This document shows positions 39,277 to 51,023 of a DNA stretch of 64,000 bases, piece by piece. Each line of letters starts with the position of its first letter. Within the stretch, counting starts at the first letter, position 1. Origin of the DNA: Antedon mediterranea (taxonomy: Eukaryota > Animalia > Echinodermata); the NCBI RefSeq assembly GCF_964355755.1, contig NC_092678.1, positions 3,054,422-3,118,421 on the forward strand, in the 5' to 3' direction. The notes beneath the pieces are model-generated. The model was not told where the DNA came from, made no database searches, and was given only the letters and a program-made list of their open reading frames with translations. The position numbers and the translations under genes were made by a program.

Positions 39277-40415
39277 GTGTAGGCTAAGAAACCTAAATGT
39301 GTTCTGTGTATTTTATTAACCATTTACATATAAAATATTTTCAACTTTATAAACTAAATTGAAATATGTTGTATTATGTTTGCAATGCTTAGTATGTATG
39401 ATTGAACTGAACCAAAATAAAGTATTTAGAAAAATTTAAAAAATGTTGTTACTTATGTATTCTGTTAATGTTGACACAATGAGCATCGGTGTTTAGTTTT
39501 GTTCGCTGGAACCTGAGCTGAGGATAATTTATCTTAAGTATTTCCAGTCAGGAAAGGGATTGTACATCAAGGGAAGTAATTCGTTTTTGATAAGTGGTTG
39601 GGGATCATTTATTACCCGGATGTTGTTAACTAGTTTCATAAAACTCAAGGAAGTAACTCTGCTCTACATTATTCATTATATATTTTTTATTTCAATGCTC
39701 ATTATACTAATCATTTATCAACTTTGTTTTCATGAATTTGCAAATCGTTCTTCAACCACGCTCTCGCATACCGCCTCGTAGACCACATATTTCACGTAAT
39801 TTCGAACAATTTACTACCGTCCAAAGATCCCCTCCAATGCAAAATTCTTGCTAAAACTTACTAATTTTCATTGTAGTACTTCTATCTGTTCCCTATATCT
39901 TCAAGAAAACTGGATACGCCGATAAAAATATTTGACAATATTTGTCCATAGATCCGCTCGCGGCACTCACTTGCACTTTTCAATATAGATATATCAACAA
40001 AAATGTGATGAAACTCTGTAAATTTTCCAAGAACCATTCTTTATTTTACTGAAAATAATGCATAACACAGCATTTTGAAAAACAAACATATCAAACTTTT
40101 ATGCAGGTTGTGCTAAGTGAAAAAAAAAAAAAGAAAAAGAGTACTTGGTGCTTTGATTAATTCTGAAGTAACCAGTTATGTATTTTTGCTTTAAAGTCCA
40201 AAACAGGAACTACCAACATACATTTATTTTGAACGAGAAACCCAGTTGGTGTTTTGCCAAAATCTCGTATTATACAGTACTTGAAAAGAGCGAATAAGGC
40301 GGTCAGAATATTTTAGGGGAATTTTCGTCAATTGATGTTGCTCAATTGAAGTATATTTATTTATTTATTTTTTTTTTATATTTATTTCTGTTTGGCATTG
40401 TGCCTTTTATGCATG

Positions 40416-43400
40416 CTAGTCATAAACTCCAGGCACGTAATTGCTGATCCAATCCCGGTAGCGAATTACCTTTGCATAGTAGCCATATGTACCGGCTGCT
40501 CCACATCCTTCACCCCAACTTACAATACCTAGGAGCTGCCAACGCCCATCTTCTGTCACTCGGACAAGTGGACCACCACTGTCCCCCTGGCAAGCGTCCT
40601 GTTGCCCTGTGGCATGCCCAGCGCAAATCATGTTGACCGTTACTTCATGACTCGTAGCATCTATACACGTCTTCTTCCCTACAAGAGGTATTGTTACTTC
40701 TTGTATATATCTAGGATATGTGGTTGGGGCTCCTTCTTCAAGCCTTCCCCAGCCCATAACACGAACCAACTTCCCCGGCCCTGAAATCTCCTTAACCACT
40801 GATTTACTTGGCAAACAAACAGGCTTAACATATTCCGTAAATGTTTTAATTTTTCTTGATAATTTAATCAGCGCAATATCGTTGTCAAAAGTTTTTTGAT
40901 CAAAGTTTTCATGACTGATGATCTCTTCGACTTGAAACTTCTCTTCATCTCTACCCATCGTCAACTCGTCGTGATCACCAACCCATATCACAAGGTCTTC
41001 GTTCCTGGTAATTTTAAAGTCTCCCTTATCCGCCAGGCAATGCGCTGCCGTGATGATCCATTCGTAGTTAAGGATACTTGCCCCGCAGAAAAACCTCTTT
41101 ACTCTCGTGTGATAAAGACGTGCCATCCAGGGTGTGGATCCAACAATGGATGTGTCGCCGTTCACAATGTACCCCCTATCGTCTTCTTCAATGCTTTCTA
41201 AATATTCTTTTGAATTCAGAATTCCACACACTGAAAAGAATTAAGTAACTGTTTAAATACCGTCCTCTTTATCAGATAAGGAACAGTTTGGTAGTTTCTG
41301 TTCGTTTGTGAGTGGACGTCGTATTAGGCGCAATGCAAGTGAGCGACAGCTCATACCAGTTGGGATTACCGTCATTGGTCAATATTAGGGAGTTTTCGCA
41401 CAAGCACGTAAACGTAACTTCAACGCTATTTCCCAACATGCAACGCGCAAGCCCCGCCCACTTTGTAAACAAATCGATCTGCGCGTGCGCAAGCATTACG
41501 AAAAAGTGGGAATCAAGCATAATAAGATCTTACCGTCTGATATCTTTTCCTCTGGTTTGATAGCCAGCCAGGCGTCTGATTCGCCAACTCTTTCACCATC
41601 CGAGTCCAGTATATAGCAGGTATACTTTCCTTCTTCATTTTCCGTAACATCAATGACCAACAGATCCGAAAATATTAGAACAAAGTGACTCCCAACTTCA
41701 ATTGGTACACCGTCTTTTTCCCATCCAATTGTGGTAGCGTCTGCGGAACGACACACGAACGTATGATCCTCGTCGGCAAATATTGTTCCGTTCTCTGGTT
41801 TGTTGTCAAAATCTATTATCTCTGGAGCCTTTGGCGTAGGCAAACTTTCTCCTTCAAAATCTGTTGAATAATATATAATTTAAATAATCATTTGAATTTG
41901 TAATAATCAATATGGGCTTTGGTTGTTCCGTGGAGTTGTGAGTGGAAGTCTACTTACTGAAGTATACCTGTTTCTCTGCGCTAAGGCCGTCTGGTGTTTC
42001 AATGCGGCACGTGTAAATACCTCGATGTTTCCTCTCCACACTCGGTATGATTATACGACCACTGTCAAAAGCAAATATACCTTCAACTTCTTCACCTAAG
42101 ATGACATAAAAAAACATTTAGATATTGGATTTGGATTGTATTTCCTTATTCGCATTGTAGCCACGATAACATGACACAGGACACCAGTAATTGAAAATGT
42201 TTAAATGTCTTTGGTATATTTCTTTGATGCACCTTGGATAGGCCTAATAGAAGTAGAGATACTACGCAGATAGTAGGCCTAAGGTATAATTTAGATAGGT
42301 GGTACACAATACCTGCAGGAAGCTCGTTTCCGTCTTTCAACCATGTAATTGTAGCACCGTCTAACATAGCTTCACAACTCTGTCTGACCTCCTCTCCAAT
42401 CACCAGTGTTACGTCATGTGGTTCTTGCTTGAAATATAGATCAGGATCTACCTCCTCTTCCTCACCATCACCTTCTCCAGTGATTCTTGAACGTTTTTCT
42501 GAAAAAGAGAAATGTTTACGTTTGCAAATAAGTTTAACATTAACTTGTTGAGTTTGGTTGGTATCATCTATAGTTCGTAGTAAACTGTTTCTTCTTCTTT
42601 ATACTACAGTATAGGCCTACCATTAACTTATGGCGTTAAAGACTTACTTGAAGTAAAAGTAGCTTCAAACCCAAGTTTGTGAGTCGACACATCGGATACG
42701 AAGTCGATACGAATTGCTTCACCAGAGCTCGTAAAGGTCTCGGGTAATCGGTTACCACAGAAAACGCCATGAAGTTCTGAATCTGAAATTAAAAAGAGGA
42801 TATGATAATTACGATTTATATATCTATATCTTATGGAACAAACAGGTTGGATATTACGTTTAGGCCTAACTGCTTCATGGCAGTTTGTAACCTACAGATA
42901 GTTAATTTAGCCTTTTGACATTAGATAGACTTGCCTTCAAATTCACCATCTCTGATTTCAATATAGTCAAAAGAACAGTCGAAATCTTCCATATCCATTG
43001 ATTTAAACTGAAGAGTGATGTGATAATTAGGAGGCGCTTGAACAACAAGTGCGCACGTGACGTCATTAGGATAATGATGAGGAAAGTCTGGAGAAGTTAC
43101 TGTGCCATTGATGGCACGAATTATTTTGCTGCAACCTGAGAAAGAATATTGGATCAAATTAGTTTATTTCAGGAAAAATAAAAAATACTAGGCCTAACTG
43201 AAAATTATGTTCCGTTAAGATTGAAGAGCTACATTGGACGTAATAAAATGCTAAAAATGTGTAGAAGAAAAGGCCTAGACCTAGTAAGAATGTTTTTCTC
43301 TACAATATTTACCATCCGTATCGACTCCAGGAGTCCATCCTTCAATAGGTTCGTCAATAGAACTATTTTCGTCTGTGTTTATAGCAGCTTGTTTGGCTGT

Positions 43401-44777
43401 GTAGCGGGCTCGAAATCCTCTTCCACTGTCCGATCCATCTGACTCGAACTCCACCAGAAGATGTTGGGCAGAAGAAGTGAAGTCAGGTGGGGCATTGTTG
43501 GTACCACAGTGGTTCACTATTCGAGGGAATTTTTTCGTTGGGCCATCATAGATACGAACTGCATCGTAACTAGAGAAAAGTACCGTATTATAAACATGAA
43601 TATACTCTATTTATATGTACTTGCAAGGGCAAGGAATACCAATTGCGACTAACTGCACTTCCCAAAAACTTCAATAGCTACAGATTAAATTCTACTGCAA
43701 GAAAGGAATGACCTTCATGCAACTCCACTCCTGCTCTGACTGTTGTCAGTAATCAAGCAATGCATACTTACGGGCAGTCTTCAGACTTTTCAATATCAAT
43801 ATCAACAAATTGAAATAATATCACTTGATCTGGGTCTGCTCGGATTAACCACGCACAATCGGAATACCTCGGATACTTTTCGGGATATCTCGGAGAATGG
43901 ATATCTGATGGCTTGGATTCGGCTGGGCCAATTACACCACAATCCACCTCTACAAATGCATTGATAAGTTAGTGAGAAAGAAGTAGGCCTACATTGATAG
44001 TGTATTTTTCACAATCCCGATTTAATCAGAAATAATATTAGATTATTAACATGTTTTATTATTCTACTCTGTTACGGTTCTTGCCTTTCTTTATTTCAAT
44101 CATTTTAGAAAGGTTTGGAAAAAAAAGTATCATCAGTTTTGTCAAGCAAAATCATTTCTTTGCATTGAAAAGCATGGAAATAGACAGACCAATAATTAAA
44201 TGACCTTAGGGATTAAGTGTACGTTAAATCCTTAACACACCTTTTTTCAAACCTAGATCCCGTAATAACAAGTTACCGTAATATATGTTCATGGTCATGT
44301 ATTAGTTAGTGAAATGTAGAAAAAGAGAGTGAAAATGTATGTTATTAATGTATATTATAACTTATAACTACTATTAAACTATCTTGTAAGCGTTTGAATA
44401 TACTTCGGTGACATTTCAATACAAATAATAGTATTTTTGATTTATTTTTGGTTAAGAAGAAAAGATATAAAAAAATAAATAGGGTTAAACATAATTTTTT
44501 AACATAATGTATAATTGTCATATAGGCCACATTTATTAGGCCTACGATTACCAAAACGACTGATGGATCAAGCTAAAAGTGACCGACAACACAACTTGAA
44601 AAAGCCTATCTGAATTAAACTGTCCCTTTAATTAAGTATTTTAACTATAAGACATACAAATAACTTGTGTGTATTACCTGATTCTACGCTAGATCCAACA
44701 ATACTGCTACTACTACTCCAGGCCTGGACTTGCTCTATTAAAAGTATTACAAAACAGTACAATTTTATATTCAACAT
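40416..44777 (-). CDS. Secreted modular serine protease: signal peptide-CUB-CUB-Ig-Ig-trypsin domain; exons 44777-44678, 43949-43772, 43569-43313, 43135-42935, 42782-42648, 42498-42313, 42095-41958, 41860-41534, 41230-40416
   Basis: CUB1 (HSPRYPEKYP..CAWLI..YDAVRIYDG..FESDGSDSGRGFRARY); CUB2 (TSPDFPHHYPND..FDYIEIRDG..FCG..FVSD..GFEATF); two Ig domains (C..ITWLKDG..GIYTC; C..WEKDG..GKYTC); intact triad TAAHC / DNDIAL / GDSGGP. Confidence 0.9.
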
Positions 44778-44966
44778 TGTCGGTGGTGTTAAACAGTACT
44801 TAGTTTGAAAGTGTTGTCGTCGGAAATACTTTATACCAGGATACTAATCATTGGAATCGACCATTAATAGTATAATAATCCGTACGCATATCATAGAAGG
44901 TTTTATATGGCGTTTTGAGTTGTGAACTTAGGAGCGTTTGATTTGCGAAGACCAAGAACCTAGAAT

Positions 44967-45100
44967 TAAGCTCTGTCTACACTCTATCAAACTAATGATG
45001 ATGCCATATCACTACTATATTTGGGAATTTCACTGCCATGTTTGGGCGCGCACATCACACTTTTTTGTCAAACTACTTTGATAGTGTAGGCAGAGCTTTA
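44967..45100. mobile_element. MITE with terminal inverted repeats (PIF/Harbinger-like ends)
   Basis: TAAGCTCTGTCTACAC(TC)TATCAAA ... TTTGATAGTGTAGGCAGAGCTTTA; a related copy lies at 57205-57325. Confidence 0.75.
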
Positions 45101-45653
45101 TGTCGTTGTTCTTCGCCTGGATAAAGGAATTCGACAAAAACTGTGTGTCGATGAATCGAGTGTGGAAGCACGTCACAATCGTAACTATAGTTTAGTTAGA
45201 AAGTCAAGTTTTCATTTATCAAAAGAAAGAAAGAAAAGAAAGATACATAAAATTATTTCAAGAAGACGTAATATTTTTATAATGTCAATAATGATAATCG
45301 TTGTTTTGATGATTGACGTTTCACGTCCTTAAGAACTAGATTTTTGATCGATATTTTACAAGTTAGTGATAACACAAAATAGCGTAGCTAACCAGTTTAT
45401 TTGTTTGGATTCATTACAAGCAATCGTGTTTGAAAGTCGCATGTTAGATCATGTTGTGTATGTAATAAGGGAAGCTAAAATCGAATGAAATATTATAGGT
45501 TATTCATAAGTAAAATTTGCGTATGCGTACTAACCATGATCTTATAAAGATACGACGGCCAACCAGCACCATAGCAAAAACAGTAATGGGTATGTGTGAC
45601 TTTTAAACACAATTCCAAATACCTTTGTTTATTAGGATTTCATAGGTCATCAT

Positions 45654-46562
45654 ATGTGCGGGAATAATTCAAATATAAGTGTCGAATTCGAAAAAAAAAA
45701 TATGTTCAACAAAACATGTACCGGTATGACTACTGAGTGTGACTTTGCGATCGGATTTTTTGTTATTTCTTGTTTAATCACAATATTAATTCTAATTGGA
45801 AACATTTTTGTTATGTATGCCGTGTGTACCACACGAGCGCTGCAGAAGCCCTGCTACGTGGTTCTTGCAAGTATGTCTTTGGCGGACATTCTGACAGGTC
45901 TGGTAGGAATCGCAATTGACATTGAATGGGCATTAACAGGTCAGTTTTATAATCTACAATCAGAGCCCGGCTGGTGGTTTTACATGTTAATGTCTAGTTT
46001 ATTTTCATTTACTCTAAGTCATCATCTTATATTGGCTGGTGAACGATACTTTGCTATTTTCTATCCATTCTTGTATACAAACAAAATCGACAATAAAACA
46101 ACTGTTGTTTTCTTATTGATAAATTGGATTACTTTCCTATGTCTTTCTCCTATTTTGTTCGCTACTGTTTTTACACCAAAAAACATAGTTATGTCAATTA
46201 TAATTACAATGACATCATTTTATGTAATCGTAATATTCTGTCATTTGCGAATTCTTATAGAAGCTCAAAAAGTATCGCGACGAATTGCATCAGTAGGCCT
46301 ACAAACTCGAGAAGTAAAAAATGAATTTAAAGCGGCAAGAATAACGTGTATTATACTTAGTGTGTTTAGTATCTGTGTTGTGCCATTATCCTGTTTTCTT
46401 GCTATCAACTTGTCGACACCTTTTGAAGACTTTCATTGCCAGACAATGTATTACATCACTGTGCTGTTATCTTTCATGAACAGTGTTACCAATCCAATTA
46501 TCTATGGAATAGCTCATTCACAATTTTGTTCTGCTTTTAAAGCAATTTTTAAAATGTTGTAA
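45654..46562 (+). CDS. Intronless class A GPCR, cluster copy 1 (alternative start at 45702)
   Basis: GN, SLADILTG, ERY, NPIIY; seven TM segments. Confidence 0.92.
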   Translation: MCGNNSNISVEFEKKNMFNKTCTGMTTECDFAIGFFVISCLITILILIGNIFVMYAVCTTRALQKPCYVVLASMSLADILTGLVGIAIDIEWALTGQFYNLQSEPGWWFYMLMSSLFSFTLSHHLILAGERYFAIFYPFLYTNKIDNKTTVVFLLINWITFLCLSPILFATVFTPKNIVMSIIITMTSFYVIVIFCHLRILIEAQKVSRRIASVGLQTREVKNEFKAARITCIILSVFSICVVPLSCFLAINLSTPFEDFHCQTMYYITVLLSFMNSVTNPIIYGIAHSQFCSAFKAIFKML

Positions 46563-47275
46563 AAAACGGAAAGACTGTATATTAATAACATAGTATTTTT
46601 CAAATGTATAATTTAACACATTTTTTCTTTATAATTGCGAATGGTATGTAATTGCGGGTGGTGTGTACAGTTTACAGTAAAGAAAGAATTAAGAAGTAGT
46701 TTTATTTACCTCATATGATGGTTTACTTACACTTCTGTTTATTTACGAACATTCCTCGTATTCGTATTAATGATCAGAATGCATTATCCTCGGTGAACGT
46801 GGAGCACGGGTAATTTCGAGCGATACGCGAGGACCAGCTAGTTTCCTTTCCATTCGATGCAATAACTTCACCTGTGCCACGTTTTATTACTCATTCGGCA
46901 GTGCAACATTTTAGATTAGCCGATTGAGGATAGCAATTAAGAAGACAATCGAAAATGATTCACCTTGTCAATATTTATTATCTGTTGTTTTGATTGGCGT
47001 GTGAAATGTCCAAATAACTAGTAACTAGTGATACAACTAATTAATCAAAACGAAATTTACACCGTGTTTGAATTATCACAACGAGTCGTCGGTTGTAGCA
47101 GAAACTCGACTCGCACATGTGCATTTATCAGTTGTAGACATAAGAATAATTTCAACCAGCTCCATCGACAACTATCCTATTAAACACTGATGCTGTGATT
47201 GATAAAACTGCTGATAATTTTCATCAAGATAATTTTTCATTGCGTGTTGTTAATGTAACATTGGAAACATACTCA

Positions 47276-48124
47276 ATGTCCAACACAACTACTACCGAGT
47301 GTGACTTTGCGATCGGATTTTGTATTCTTTTTTGTTTAATGACAATAGTAATTTTAATTGGAAACATGTTGGTTGTTTACGCCGTGTGTACCACACGAGC
47401 TCTTCAAAAACCCTGCTACGTGATTCTTGCAAGTATGTCTTTGGCGGATATTCTGACAGGTCTGGTAGGAATCGCAATTGGAATTGAATGGCTACTAACA
47501 GGTCAGTTATATGACCTGGAATCAAAATCTGGCTGGTGGTTATATACGTTAGAATCTATAGCGATTATATTGACGCTAAGTCATCATATTATATTGGCAA
47601 GTGAACGATATTTTGCTATTTTCTATCCGTTTCTTTATACAAACAAAATCGACAATAAAACAACTGTTGTCATCTTATTCGTCGTATGGATAAGTTACTT
47701 GACAACTTGTCCTATTATGTATGCTACATTTTTAACACATAAATACATACTTTTATTAGGTTTAATTACCCTCACATCATTTTATGTAATCGTAATATTC
47801 TGTCATTTGCGAATTTTTATAGAAGCTCAAAAAGTATCGCGACGAATTGCATCATTAGGCCTACAAACTCGAGAGGTAAAAAATGAATTTAAAGCGGCAA
47901 GAATAACGTGTATTATACTCGGTGTGTTTAGTATCTGTGTTGTACCACTATCTTGTTTTCTTGCTGTAAATCTGTCTACACCTTTTGAAGACTTTCATTG
48001 TCAGATAATGTTTTACCTTACTATGTTGTTTACTTACATGAACAGTGTTACCAATCCAATTATCTATGGAATAGCTCATTCACAATTTCGTTCTGCTTTT
48101 AAAGCTATTATTTTAAAGTTGTAG
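47276..48124 (+). CDS. Intronless class A GPCR, cluster copy 2
   Basis: ATG 47276 (MSNTTTTECDF) aligns with the starts of the paralogs; ERY, NPIIY. Confidence 0.92.
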   Translation: MSNTTTTECDFAIGFCILFCLMTIVILIGNMLVVYAVCTTRALQKPCYVILASMSLADILTGLVGIAIGIEWLLTGQLYDLESKSGWWLYTLESIAIILTLSHHIILASERYFAIFYPFLYTNKIDNKTTVVILFVVWISYLTTCPIMYATFLTHKYILLLGLITLTSFYVIVIFCHLRIFIEAQKVSRRIASLGLQTREVKNEFKAARITCIILGVFSICVVPLSCFLAVNLSTPFEDFHCQIMFYLTMLFTYMNSVTNPIIYGIAHSQFRSAFKAIILKL

Positions 48125-48733
48125 AAAGGAAACAGATTCCGGTACTAACCTATACATTTTACTGAGTTATAGGACTTAATACTTCGTTGATGATCGTAAT
48201 ATACGACATTTGTAATAAGTGAAATAAGTGAAAACATTGTATGAAACGTGGGTAAGAATTGTGCAATACACAATGACCAACTTTTATCTGAAAATGTCAT
48301 TTAAATCAAGCACCTTATGCGTGCCACATCTTTGTTAGTGTATCGGTAGCGCAGCAGTTTTTGATAAGCATAAAGAAGAAGTCGATCGAAGAAGAAAGAA
48401 TTATTTATTATGATGTCAAAATTATTATCTGTTTTGATTGACGTGTGATGTCCAAAGAACTAGATAGTGAGTGATACAACTAATAACTTAAGCAAAACGA
48501 AATTTAAACCGTGTTTGAGCGAATTTAATCACAACGCGACATAGGCCATGGTTTTATAGGAAAAAGTCGCGCATGTGCACTGGAGATTTGTAAAGGTAAG
48601 AATAAGTTCTTTCAGCTTTATCGACCGATAACCTATTCAGTAATTATGTGATTTATAAAACTGTTGATCGTTTCCATCAAGATGATTTTTCATTTCGTGT
48701 TGTTAATAAAACTCATTACAAACTTTTAAACAG

Positions 48734-49582
48734 ATGTCCAACACAACTACTACCGAGTGTGACTTTGCGATTGGATTTTTTGTTATTTATTCTTTAACTA
48801 CAATAGTAATTCTGATTGGAAACATGTTGGTTGTTTACGCCGTTTGTACCACACGATCGCTGCAGAAACCCTGCTACGTGGTTCTTGCAAGTATGTCTTT
48901 AGCGGATATTCTGACAGGTCTGGTAGGAATCGCAATTGGAATTGAATGGCTACTAACAGGTCAGTTATATAACCTGGAGTCAAAAGTTGGCTGGTGGTTA
49001 TATATGATAGGATGTATATCAATTACATTGACTTTAAGTCATCATCTTATATTGGCAAGTGAACGATACTTTGCTATTTTTTATCCGTTTCTTTATACAA
49101 GCAAAATCGACAATAAAACAACTGTTGTCATCCTATTCGTCATATGGATAAGTTACTTGACAACTTGTCCTATTATGTTTGCTACATTTTTAACACATAA
49201 AAACATATTTTTATTAGGTTTAATTACAATGACATCATTTTATGTAATTGTAATATTCTGTCATTTTCGAATTTTTATAGAAGCTCAAAAAGCATCGCGA
49301 CGAATTGCATCATTAGGCCTACAAACTCGAGAGGTAAAAAATGAATTTAAAGCGGCAAGAATAACGTGTATTATACTCGGTGTGTTTAGTATCTGTGTTG
49401 TACCACTATCTTGTTTTTTCGCTGTAAATCTGTCTACACCTTTTGAAGACTTTCGTTGTCAGATAATGTTTTACCTTACTATGTTGTTTACTTACATGAA
49501 CAGTGTTACCAATCCAATTATATATGGAATAGCTCATTCACAATTTCGTTCTGCTTTTAAAGCAATTATTTTAAAGTTGTAG
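48734..49582 (+). CDS. Intronless class A GPCR, cluster copy 3
   Basis: Closest to copy 2; ERY, NPIIY. Confidence 0.92.
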   Translation: MSNTTTTECDFAIGFFVIYSLTTIVILIGNMLVVYAVCTTRSLQKPCYVVLASMSLADILTGLVGIAIGIEWLLTGQLYNLESKVGWWLYMIGCISITLTLSHHLILASERYFAIFYPFLYTSKIDNKTTVVILFVIWISYLTTCPIMFATFLTHKNIFLLGLITMTSFYVIVIFCHFRIFIEAQKASRRIASLGLQTREVKNEFKAARITCIILGVFSICVVPLSCFFAVNLSTPFEDFRCQIMFYLTMLFTYMNSVTNPIIYGIAHSQFRSAFKAIILKL

Positions 49583-50150
49583 AAAGGAAACAGATTCCGG
49601 TACCAAGCTGTACATTTTACTGAGTTATAGGACTTAATACTTCGTTGATGATCGTAATATACGACATTTGTAATAAGTGAAATAAGTGAAAAACATTGTA
49701 TGAAACGTGGGTAAGAATTGTGCAATACACAAGGACCAGCTAGTTCATTCGAAATTTAATTTAAATCAAGCAGCTTGTGTGTGCCAGCAACCTATAGAAG
49801 ACGACTATCGAAGAAAGAATGATTTATTTTTATGTCAAAATAATTAACGGTTTTGATTGACGTGTGATGACAAAGAACTAGATAGTGAGTGATACAATTA
49901 TAATTAAGCAAAACGAAATTTAAACCGTGTTTGATCGCTTCATCAGTTGTTTTAAGTGGTAGCAAAAACTCGCGCATGTGCACTGGAGATTTGTAACATA
50001 ATGCTAAGTTCAACCAGCTTTATCGACCAATAGTCTAAACAGTAATAACGTGATTTATAAAACCGTTGCTCGTTTCCATCAAGATTTTTTATCTTATTTG
50101 TGATGTTTCGATACTCGATGTTGTTAAGATAGACTAACAGGCATTGCTCA

Positions 50151-51023
50151 ATGTCTAACACAACCTATAGAGAGTGCGACTTTTCAGTTGAATTTTTTGC
50201 TCTTGCTTGTTTAATCACATTAGTAATTCTAATTGGAAACATTTTGGTCGTTTATGCCGTGTATTCTACGCATACTCTTCAACAACCATGTTACATGGTT
50301 CTTACAAGTATTTCTTTAGCGGATATTTTAATGGGCTTTTTTGGAATCGCAGTTTTAATTGAATGGGTATTAACAGGACAGTTATATGATTTGAAATCTA
50401 AAAATGGCTGGTGGTTATATATGTTAGGGTCTTCTGCGATCACATTGACTGTACTTCATCATCTAATATTGGCAGGTGAACGGTACTTTGCCATTTTCTA
50501 TCCATTCCTGTATACAAACAAAATCGACAATAAAACAATTGTTGTCGTCTTATTCGTCATATGGATAAGTTACTTGTGCATTGCTTCTATTATTCTCACT
50601 ACTGTCTTATCATCTAAGAATACACTAATGTTAAATTGCATTACCTTCGTAGTATTTTATGTAATCGTAATATTCTGTCATTTGCGAATTTTTATAGAAG
50701 CTCAAAAAGCATCGCGACGAATTGCATCAGTAGGCCTACAAACTCGGGGAGTTAAAAATGAATTGAAAGCAGCAAGAATAACGTGTATTATACTCGGTAT
50801 ATTTAGTATCTGTGTTGTACCATTATCATGTTTTTTTGCTGTTAATATATCTACACCTTTTGAAGAGTTTCGTTGTCGTACAACGTTTTACGTTACGATG
50901 ATGTTACTGTACGCTAACAGTGCTACAAACCCAGTTGTCTATGGAATATCACATTCACAATTTCGTTTTGCATTTAAAGCAATCTTTCATAGACTTTTAA
51001 AAAAACAAACTAATGTGCATTGA
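50151..51023 (+). CDS. Intronless class A GPCR, cluster copy 4
   Basis: ERY, NPVVY; paralogous to copies 1-3. Confidence 0.92.
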   Translation: MSNTTYRECDFSVEFFALACLITLVILIGNILVVYAVYSTHTLQQPCYMVLTSISLADILMGFFGIAVLIEWVLTGQLYDLKSKNGWWLYMLGSSAITLTVLHHLILAGERYFAIFYPFLYTNKIDNKTIVVVLFVIWISYLCIASIILTTVLSSKNTLMLNCITFVVFYVIVIFCHLRIFIEAQKASRRIASVGLQTRGVKNELKAARITCIILGIFSICVVPLSCFFAVNISTPFEEFRCRTTFYVTMMLLYANSATNPVVYGISHSQFRFAFKAIFHRLLKKQTNVH

